A program made the position numbers and the translations under genes. Positions 12,862 through 19,226 of a DNA stretch of 19,315 nucleotides are shown in pieces. How positions within the stretch are numbered: the stretch's first letter is position 1; each line of letters opens with the position of its first letter. Source of the stretch: a virus; the IMG/VR virus record IMGVR_UViG_3300045988_139350, positions 1 to 19,315 of that record, one strand, 5' to 3'. The notes beneath the pieces are model-generated. The model was not told where the DNA came from. It did not search any database and saw only the letters and a list, made by a program, of their open reading frames with translations.

Positions 12862-13732
12862 CAACTTCTCCCTCCTCTTCTCCCTCTTGGTCATAACTAC
12901 TTTCAAAATTATTATTTTTACTTACTTTAACATTTAGTCCAAACTTTTTATTAAGTTCTTCACATGCAACTTGTCTATTAGCAAACATAATATCTACATT
13001 TCTGTTTATATAATCATTATTTGAATTAACCTCATCTACAAGCAACCTCTCTTTTTTCTCAAAAGAATTATTTAATCCAAAAAATGTCAAAATTTCTCTT
13101 TCAAGTTCATACTTATATTGATTAAGTTTATCCGCAACATATGGAGTTGTAGTTAATATTGCATTTGAATTTTCTATATTTAAATCCTTATTACCAAATA
13201 TAACTGGCTCTAAATTATCCACTTCTTCGAATAGTTTTTGCATAGTTTGTTTATTGTTAGGGGTTGTTTCAATAAACCAAGGGAACTTTTGATGATTGAT
13301 GTTTGCTCTAATACATCTTTCAACCTCCATCATCTTTGTTGCATAATCTATTACATAATCTTCTGTTCCAAATCCTAAATCATTATTAAGAATAAGCTGA
13401 GATTTATCTTTCCAGTTTTTATTTAAATAGGGTATAGTTTTTATATAATTATAACCACTTGTAATTACTTTTGTATGCTCAAAATTTACATTCATTTCTT
13501 CGGCGAATTCACAAGGCACACATATTAGCCCTAAGTTTTCATCATCAACAAATATCGCTTTTCCAAAATGAAACAAAGATTTTTCTATATATCTTGGTTT
13601 AATTGTTTCGGGTAGATTTTCCCATGTGAACATATTTAAAGCTAATAGTTTATATTTATTATACAATAAATTAAAATGTTGATTTCTGCTTTCTTGCATA
13701 AATGCTTGTTTTTGTTTATGTGTCATTCCCAT
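12854..13732 (-). CDS. Head-tail connector / upper collar (portal, phi29 gp10-like), 292 aa from ATG 13732 (the track starts at 13810)
   Basis: GGAGGTG lies 7 nt before ATG 13732, right after the upstream stop (13734..13736). [28 protein letters not shown] parallels phi29 gp10 [45 protein letters not shown] parallels [28 protein letters not shown] parallels INELYGLNVKV (phi29 sequences from memory). Confidence 0.9.
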   Translation of the reverse strand: [292 protein letters not shown]

Positions 13733-13733
13733 T

Positions 13734-14984
13734 TTAATACACCTCCACATTATTTTCGTATTCGAACATTGTTGTCCCTTCATTGTCCATGTGCCATACT
13801 GTAATGCCATTATTGAAAATTGATTTTATTTCGTCTAAGTATTCATGTGGTATTCTTGCACCCACAATATTACATACATTTGTTTTTACGTAATTATAAT
13901 GCTTTCTACATGTTAAATTTATATAATCATATCCGTTAACTTTATAACCATATCGTTTAAAATATTCTTGAGCCTTTGCCATCTGTTGGACATTACATCT
14001 ATATTCTAATAAATCTACTCTTTGATTGCTATTAATTAAATTAAAAAGTGTGTCATTCCCTGCGGTTTTAATACTATTAGGAGTTGTTAGCATATCATTA
14101 ACCTTTGCATTCTTCATGCTTATAATATTGTGTTCATTTAATTGTGAATTTTCATTTGCTTGGGTATTAGCTAATTGATTTTGCATGTAACCAAAAGCTA
14201 GGTTACTTGCATTACTAGCTAAACCACCAAAATTTAAGCTTAATAAATTACCAATAGCACTTAATGCATTGGTTGCAGTATTTTGTGCAAAATTCAAATT
14301 ATTTGATTGTGTATTATGCTTTAATGTCAAATCATTTTCTAATAAAGCATTAGTAACTGATTGATTAAATGAACTTGCGGAAGTTGCTAAAAATTGACTA
14401 TATGCTGATGAAGTTACTGGTAACATTAATGCTGTACTATTACACATCCCCTCTAAGTTTCCGTCATCATCGTATTTATAATTTTCTACATAAATATTAT
14501 ATTTACTTTCTGAACTAATAGCAGTAGTTTTTACCATAACCTTAAATTCATTACTATCATTATCTTCAATTCTTTCGGGTTTAATTAACATTGGATTAGA
14601 AGAATAATCAGTAATTAAAAAATATCTAAAAGGATAACATAATACCCTAGGCTCAAAATCATAACTATAGTCAGATTTTTTAGGGTATATTTTCTGTGTA
14701 TCACCTAATTGATAATTAATTTTATCGAATGAACATATTCTTTTTACATATGGGATTTGGCCATCAGGACTACCATAACGTGCAGTATCGAATATTGCTT
14801 TTCTTACATCTGATATATCAGCTTCATCTATAAAAGGATTATAAGTTACACTTTCAATAGTATTTACAAAACCCAAATAAGTTGCTTCAGTTGCACCATT
14901 TTTTGGTACGTAATAATAATATAATCCAACCGCAACATTATTTATTATTGTACTATCAGGCTCGTTTTTTGAAGTTGTTGCCAT
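13734..14984 (-). CDS. Tail knob protein, C-terminal two-thirds of a phi29 gp9-type protein (416 aa)
   Basis: The C-terminus FKRYGYKVNGYDYINLTCRKHYNYVKTNVCNIVG...IKSIFNNGITVWHMDN parallels phi29 gp9 [34 protein letters not shown]...IRTIFDNGITLWHTDN (from memory). CYPFRYFLITDYSSNPMLIKPE parallels MYPYCVTEITDFKGNHMNLKTE. AGGAGG RBS. Confidence 0.8.
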   Translation of the reverse strand: MATTSKNEPDSTIINNVAVGLYYYYVPKNGATEATYLGFVNTIESVTYNPFIDEADISDVRKAIFDTARYGSPDGQIPYVKRICSFDKINYQLGDTQKIYPKKSDYSYDFEPRVLCYPFRYFLITDYSSNPMLIKPERIEDNDSNEFKVMVKTTAISSESKYNIYVENYKYDDDGNLEGMCNSTALMLPVTSSAYSQFLATSASSFNQSVTNALLENDLTLKHNTQSNNLNFAQNTATNALSAIGNLLSLNFGGLASNASNLAFGYMQNQLANTQANENSQLNEHNIISMKNAKVNDMLTTPNSIKTAGNDTLFNLINSNQRVDLLEYRCNVQQMAKAQEYFKRYGYKVNGYDYINLTCRKHYNYVKTNVCNIVGARIPHEYLDEIKSIFNNGITVWHMDNEGTTMFEYENNVEVY

Positions 14985-14998
14985 TAAAATTACCTCCT

Positions 14999-16558
14999 TT
15001 AATCTCCTAATAAATTTCTATATCGATAATCACTATTTGGAGTTCTGTCATTTTCCATTATATCTGTACCAGTTTGTTTTGCTTCTATTACATGAATTGT
15101 ACCGTCATCATTAAATCTATAAAACATAACAACATGTCCATTATCAGAATTACCTCTAGTGAATACTAAATCACCCGGTTTACATTCTTCAAGTGTTATT
15201 TCTTTACCCTCTTTAATTTGTGTGTATGTTGTTCTTGAAATTGAAATTCCGTTGTCATTATATGCCCATTGACATAAACCCGAACAATCTGTTCCGCTAC
15301 TGTTACCAAGTGGAGGATAATTTCCACCATATACATAAGGCAAACCAATTAACTTTAACGCACTATTTATAATATTTTGCCTTATTTCACTTGTTGGAGT
15401 GTCATACTTATTGAACATATCAGGAATGAATCCTTTTCCGTCATTATCTGTAATAGTTCCACCATTTAGATTAGGTATTGGTTTATAATTATAATCACCG
15501 TTTAAAAATACATTTGCTTCAGCTTTTCTTCTATTCCTTAATCCCTCTTCGAATTGAGTACCACTCATTATTACTGTTTCTTTCCACACTTCAGCTATAC
15601 TTTCGGGACTATCACCATTAATATACTTTGTAAAAATTGTTTTAGAAGATAGTGAGCCAGTATTATAATAAAAACTAACAAAAGCATCAAAATGTTGTTG
15701 CTTCATTTTATTCATATCAAAACCATAATTAACAAAAGTGTCATAAACATAAGTTGAATAATTTTTCTTTAAACTTTCGGCTAATACATTACTTGCCTGT
15801 TCCTCTGTACACTCAGGAGCGAGTTGATTATAATGTTCAGGATCGTATTCACTAGTAGTACCGTAACCTATTGTGTATGTCCCATCACCTAAATTGTATG
15901 GAGTAGAACTAAATCCCTCGCCCTGTTTAATAAACCAAAAACCATTTGCTGATACTAGTTTATCTTTATATAAATTACCTTGATTTGTTGAACTGCCACC
16001 ACTTCCACTACCGCCACTGTATTTTATAGAAAGCTTATCAGAACTAGTAACAATATATCCGCCTTTATTTTCATAATCATAAAGTGGAGTTCTGTTTTGT
16101 AAGATATACTCACCTATTTCAAAATCTTCATTTTCTAACATATTATAATCTGCAACTGTTCCATCTTGATTCCAACGCCATAAATGTTGTCTGTCTATAT
16201 GAGATTTAATTTTTGTAAATTTCATTTCAAACCAATACGTTTGGATAACATCTAATTTCAGAGTAAGTTCTGTTACATTTTCTGATAAATAAGTTTTATT
16301 TAAAATAAAAAAGTATTCCATTTTACCATCAACAGAATTTTGAAATGCACAATAATTACATAATGCAAGTTCGTCAATATATTTTGGAACTTTTAATGTA
16401 CGTTCTTTTCTTAAATATGTGCAATTATCAATTTTAAACTGTAAATAATTCATAAAGAAATTAAATTGATTAGTTACATTATTGAAGTTTACTGTATGAT
16501 TGTGCCCAACATCTAAAAACCAACAGTTAAACAAATAAATTGTACTTTGTCTTGCCAT
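14999..16558 (-). CDS. Tail-associated tri-domain protein: gp9-like tail-knob N-domain + GH24 phage lysozyme + NlpC/P60 endopeptidase (519 aa)
   Basis: The N-domain LKLDVIQTYWFEMKFTKIKSHIDRQHLWRWNQDGT parallels phi29 gp9 [33 protein letters not shown] (from memory). Linker SGGSGSGGSS. Lysozyme block FIKQGEGFSSTPYNLGDGTYTIGYGTT...FDAFVSFYYNTG...GLRNRRKAE. NlpC/P60 block GLPYVYGG...GTDCSGLCQWAY...GHVVMF. Confidence 0.85.
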   Translation of the reverse strand: MARQSTIYLFNCWFLDVGHNHTVNFNNVTNQFNFFMNYLQFKIDNCTYLRKERTLKVPKYIDELALCNYCAFQNSVDGKMEYFFILNKTYLSENVTELTLKLDVIQTYWFEMKFTKIKSHIDRQHLWRWNQDGTVADYNMLENEDFEIGEYILQNRTPLYDYENKGGYIVTSSDKLSIKYSGGSGSGGSSTNQGNLYKDKLVSANGFWFIKQGEGFSSTPYNLGDGTYTIGYGTTSEYDPEHYNQLAPECTEEQASNVLAESLKKNYSTYVYDTFVNYGFDMNKMKQQHFDAFVSFYYNTGSLSSKTIFTKYINGDSPESIAEVWKETVIMSGTQFEEGLRNRRKAEANVFLNGDYNYKPIPNLNGGTITDNDGKGFIPDMFNKYDTPTSEIRQNIINSALKLIGLPYVYGGNYPPLGNSSGTDCSGLCQWAYNDNGISISRTTYTQIKEGKEITLEECKPGDLVFTRGNSDNGHVVMFYRFNDDGTIHVIEAKQTGTDIMENDRTPNSDYRYRNLLGD

Positions 16559-16583
16559 AAAAATTCACTTCCTTTCTATTTTC

Positions 16584-16612
16584 ATATACGACAAAAAAGG
16601 AGGGTTGTATAC
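16584..16612 (-). promoter_or_regulatory. ECF-type promoter-like motif GTATAC-N16-CGTATAT ahead of the tail gene block
   Basis: On the minus strand: GTATAC (16612..16607), spacer aaccctccttttttgt (16 nt), CGTATAT (16590..16584). It sits about 25 nt upstream of the RBS of the 519-aa gene. The -35-like hexamer lies in the loop of the preceding terminator. Confidence 0.5.
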
Positions 16613-16617
16613 CTCCT
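16592..16617 (-). terminator. Rho-independent terminator after the major capsid gene
   Basis: On the minus strand: AGGAGG (16617..16612), loop tatacaac, CCTCCT (16603..16598), then TTTTTG. It begins 5 nt after the capsid stop. Confidence 0.75.
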
Positions 16618-16622
16618 ATAAA

Positions 16623-17666
16623 TTATGCAGTTACTATTCTACAAACATTTGCAAAATTACAAGCAGACATTAAACCCCATCTATTGAAGAATATATTTGT
16701 ATAAATTCCTTGAGGATTTCTGAATGTTTCAGAACTATTTAATGTTTCATATATTTGTATTGCATCTTTATCACAAATAATAGCCAAACAATCAGTATCT
16801 TCTGCGTATGTTGCTTCTTCACCTGTTCCAGTTCTCTTTGTAAATTGAGGTACCGGTAATACATGAAGTGGAACTTCTGCCTTGTCTATATTGAATGCTT
16901 GTGCTAATAATTCAACATCAATGTTTGCCATCATATCGGGATCTAAGAATACAACTAAGTCTTGAGGCCTTGAGAATGTCATTACCCCTTGTCCATTATG
17001 TTTGTTGTTTAAGAATCCCATTTTGATAACTTGAGATTTTATAGTTTTAACTATTACTTTTGCTTTTTCTTCTTCTGTCATTGCACTATATGCAGTTTTA
17101 TCAATAGTAGCTTTGCCACCTTTTAGTTCAGGTAATGCATGTAATACCATTTCTTGCATATCATACTCGATAGAAGTTAGTGGAGCCTGTAATATTCTTC
17201 CTGTCATTGAAGAAAGTCCATTTTCTGCTCTGAACGCACCTTTTAATTCCTCATCAGTAATTGTTGTCTTATATTGATGACGGAAATTTTCTGAATAATA
17301 CTCAACCTTTACATTTGGATTTTCTCTTGATAATAAATCACTTGCTAAAGTAGTTGTATTAGTTTCGTGTGTTCTTTGTTTACCCTTAACAATATCAACA
17401 AAGGTAGATTCTATTGACTTACCATATGGTAACATACCTCTGTTAAATAACTTATATGGATTTTCATATGCTTTGCTAAAAAATAATTGTTTTGCAACTT
17501 GATTTGTTAAAACAGAAATAAATTCATTCTTTGCAGTTGGATAAGTTGAAATAATTTCTTCTATATTTCCAATATTGTCTTGAGTAGCTACTGGTACTCT
17601 GTCTTTATATTCTTGACTTGCTAAATCACTAACCATACTTGCAAACGTAACGTTATCTAATGCCAT
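16623..17666 (-). CDS. Major capsid protein (phi29 gp8-like, no Ig-like C-terminal domain), 347 aa
   Basis: [13 protein letters not shown] parallels phi29 gp8 [37 protein letters not shown] parallels [53 protein letters not shown] parallels [29 protein letters not shown] (phi29 from memory). It follows the scaffold gene. Confidence 0.9.
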   Translation of the reverse strand: [347 protein letters not shown]

Positions 17667-17681
17667 AATATAATCACTCTC

Positions 17682-17954
17682 CTATAATACTTTATTTAAA
17701 AACTCTTGATAACTCATTTTAGGTTGAGCATCTTGAGGTTTAGACTTATTTTGTTCGGGACTAGATGAAACTTGTTCAAATAATTCATAATTTTTTATTT
17801 TTAACTTCTTAACTTGCTCATCATATGATTTAATTGTTTCATCCTTTTCTGATAAAACTGATTTTTGACTTTCCAATTGTTGCTTTAAATCTGCTATTTC
17901 TTTTTCAGCTTTTAATTGATAGTCGTTAGCTTGTTCCAAATTTTCAAATGCCAT
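17682..17954 (-). CDS. Scaffolding protein (phi29 gp7-like), 90 aa
   Basis: Small, highly charged, heptad-rich (KAEKEIADLKQQLESQKSVLSEKDETIKSYDEQVKKLKIKNYELFEQV). It lies directly upstream of the capsid gene. AGGAGG RBS. Confidence 0.7.
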   Translation of the reverse strand: MAFENLEQANDYQLKAEKEIADLKQQLESQKSVLSEKDETIKSYDEQVKKLKIKNYELFEQVSSSPEQNKSKPQDAQPKMSYQEFLNKVL

Positions 17955-17990
17955 TATTATTTCCTCCTTTTAATTTATTAATTCTTAATA

Positions 17991-18118
17991 GAATACCCAA
18001 ATATGCACCTTGTAGTGCGTTGGGTACTCAATAAAAATGCAATTTATAAATGTTAATAACGGAAATACCACTTTCGACCTTACAACTATCGGCTCTTCAC
18101 CGTGGTGCATAGTTGTAA
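17991..18118 (-). promoter_or_regulatory. GC-enriched structured leader / candidate ncRNA: two 39-nt hairpins upstream of the scaffold gene
   Basis: Minus strand. Hairpin 1 (18118..18080): UUACAACUAU pairs with AUAGUUGUAA (10 bp), internal loop GCACCA, upper stem CGGU/GCCG, loop GAAGA. Hairpin 2 (18029..17991): GAGUACCCAA pairs with UUGGGUAUUC (10 bp, one G-U), upper stem GCAC/GUGC, loop UACAAG. An alternative 8-bp pairing exists between UAUGCACC (18111..18104) and GGUGCAUA (18009..18002). Confidence 0.5.
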
Positions 18119-18153
18119 CATTATTATTCAACGTATTATAAACTACAATTATT

Positions 18154-18182
18154 ATATACGATTGAAAAAATAAAAGGTAGAC
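18154..18182 (-). promoter_or_regulatory. ECF-type promoter-like motif GTCTAC-N16-CGTATAT, candidate main late promoter
   Basis: On the minus strand: GTCTAC (18182..18177), spacer cttttattttttcaat (16 nt), CGTATAT (18160..18154). It sits between the right-end operon terminator and the late genes. The -35-like hexamer spans the loop and 3' arm of that terminator. Confidence 0.5.
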
Positions 18183-18197
18183 AATAAAGCCTACCTT
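18164..18197 (-). terminator. Rho-independent terminator ending the right-end (SSB) operon
   Basis: On the minus strand: AAGGTAG (18197..18191), loop gctttattgt, CTACCTT (18180..18174), then TTATTTTTT. It starts 4 nt after the stop of the 93-aa gene. Confidence 0.75.
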
Positions 18198-18201
18198 AAT
18201 A

Positions 18202-18483
18202 TTATTCTTCGATCTCACCATTAGCAAATTGAATTGCCTTATTTAATCTGTATGCTATTTTCTTCATTGCATATATTTCTTTTTCTTCTGTAGCAATTTT
18301 ATCTTCTAATGTATATATTTCACAAGATAATTTTTCCATATCTATGAATTCATTGTCTGAACTAGCTAACTTTAATAATTTATTAACTTCCTTTTTATCA
18401 TTTACTTTAACTCTTTTTGCTAACTCTAATGTTTGTGTAACCTCGTCTAATAAAGTTAATAAATGAGCCTTAATACTTTCCAT
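18202..18483 (-). CDS. Hypothetical acidic helical protein (93 aa), translationally coupled to SSB
   Basis: Its ATG shares one base with the SSB stop (TAATG at 18485..18481). It is charged and heptad-like. No motif recognised. Confidence 0.6.
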   Translation of the reverse strand: MESIKAHLLTLLDEVTQTLELAKRVKVNDKKEVNKLLKLASSDNEFIDMEKLSCEIYTLEDKIATEEKEIYAMKKIAYRLNKAIQFANGEIEE

Positions 18484-18854
18484 TATTTTCTACCACCTTT
18501 TCTATAATTTCTCTTATTTTTATTATCTTCTTCAAATACATTTTCTTCTTTGAACTTAATAATTTCAATATTGTGGACAATTACACTAAAGTAATTCTTC
18601 CAATTTCCTTTATCATCTTTAACTGATTTATAATCAATTTCACCCTCTATTAAAACTTTAGCACCAGTTACTAAATACTTTTCCATTGATTCAACTCTTT
18701 GACCAAACATAGTAACAGGTACAAAATTAGTTTTAGCCTTTTCACCATAACCAACTTGATTTGCTACTGTAAAATTACCAACTATTGTCTCGTTAGCTAA
18801 TACCTTTACGTCCATGTCCTTTGTTAAATTTCCACTAATAATTACTTTGTTCAT
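18483..18854 (-). CDS. ssb: Single-stranded DNA-binding protein (bacterial OB-fold SSB type), 123 aa
   Basis: MNKVIISGNLTKDMDVKVLANETIVGNFTVANQ...TNFVPVTMFGQRVESMEKYLVTGAKVLIEGEI... follows the canonical SSB pattern (MN.V.L.G.L..D.....G....F.lA.........F......G..AE....yl.KG..v.v.G.l). GAGGT RBS. Confidence 0.85.
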   Translation of the reverse strand: MNKVIISGNLTKDMDVKVLANETIVGNFTVANQVGYGEKAKTNFVPVTMFGQRVESMEKYLVTGAKVLIEGEIDYKSVKDDKGNWKNYFSVIVHNIEIIKFKEENVFEEDNKNKRNYRKGGRK

Positions 18855-18898
18855 AAAAAATCAACCTCACTTTAAATACTTATTATTTTCTTTGTATT

Positions 18899-18910
18899 TA
18901 TATTATACTG
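18899..18910 (-). promoter_or_regulatory. -10-like box cAGTATAATATA, candidate promoter of the SSB operon
   Basis: The minus strand reads CAGTATAATATA (TATAAT at 18907..18902), about 45 nt upstream of the SSB ATG. No good -35 is present (ATACTT at 17 nt). It forms a 12-bp inverted repeat with 18962..18973. Confidence 0.45.
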
Positions 18911-18961
18911 ATATTTGAGAGCTAAAGTATACACTATTTTAAAAATATTTAAGAGTAATAC

Positions 18962-18973
18962 CAGTATAATATA
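18962..18973 (+). promoter_or_regulatory. -10-like box cAGTATAATATA facing the right genome end
   Basis: The plus strand reads CAGTATAATATA (TATAAT at 18965..18970). It is the mirror copy of the 18899..18910 box, 51 bp away. The upstream region is A/T-rich and no -35 is recognisable. Confidence 0.35.
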
Positions 18974-18984
18974 TGTAATATTGA

Positions 18985-19001
18985 GGGCGAATAAATCGCC
19001 C
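18985..19001. other. GC-clamped hairpin GGGCGA-ataaa-TCGCCC
   Basis: Perfect 6-bp G/C-rich stem in an otherwise A/T-rich non-coding end region. No clear U-tract on either strand. Confidence 0.55.
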
Positions 19002-19031
19002 ACAGGAATAAAATATGTGATTAATAAATGT

Positions 19032-19061
19032 GCGGTAATTAAAATGGTGGTTTAATTCCGC
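19032..19061. other. Long hairpin GCGG(t)AATTAAA-atggtgg-TTTAATTCCGC
   Basis: 11 bp with one bulged T (19036) and a 7-nt loop, with GC clamps at the base. It lies in the non-coding right end. Confidence 0.55.
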
Positions 19062-19118
19062 TATAAATAAAATGAAAGGAGAAAAAATGAAAAAGTGTCC
19101 GATAGAACTATGCTCAAT

Positions 19119-19129
19119 TATATTATACT
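19119..19129 (-). promoter_or_regulatory. Third AGTATAATATA box (minus strand) with TTTACC 17 nt upstream
   Basis: The minus strand reads TTTACC-aatccaactcaaaatag-TATAAT-ATA. Transcription from here would run leftward across both hairpins, convergent with the 18962..18973 box. Confidence 0.35.
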
Positions 19130-19226
19130 ATTTTGAGTTGGATTGGTAAACAATTATGATAAAGTAATTAATACTATTTAATAAATATTTATGTAAAAAT
19201 TATATGGTACTGTGTGATGTATTGTG

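Noticed and set aside
3068-13810. N-terminal extensions in the ORF track at 645, 3068, 3856, 4142, 12211, 12906 and 13810
   Set aside because: In each case the extension starts at a non-ATG or poorly placed codon and reads through the obvious Shine-Dalgarno of an in-frame downstream ATG. The shorter starts also give the stop/start overlaps typical of this genome.
18002-18111. Possible tRNA: an 8-bp acceptor-like pairing UAUGCACC/GGUGCAUA and a UUGGGUA D-loop-like word
   Set aside because: The paired ends are about 110 nt apart. There is no T-arm GTTCGAATC-like sequence and no cloverleaf. The local 10-bp hairpins are incompatible with a tRNA fold.
17985-18227. 80-aa minus-strand ORF 17985..18227
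   Set aside because: It would read through the operon terminator (18164..18197) and the structured region, and it overlaps the end of the 93-aa gene. It has no RBS, and the product is a hydrophobic low-complexity string. I treat the region as non-coding.
19087-19149. 20-codon micro-ORF MKKCPIELCSIILYYFELDW with AAGGAG 5 nt upstream
   Set aside because: The RBS geometry is good, but the ORF is tiny, faces the genome end and has only a speculative promoter. I could not distinguish it from chance, so it is left uncalled.
19203-19226. ATGGTACTGTGTGATGTATTGTG vaguely resembles the 5' part of phi29 pRNA as I remember it (..AAUGGUACGGUACUUCCAUUGUCAUGUGUAUGUUGGGG..)
   Set aside because: Only short words are shared, and I found no complementary 3' segment to form a helix-A equivalent. 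The region directly abuts the ITR. The similarity is too weak to call without a covariance-model search.
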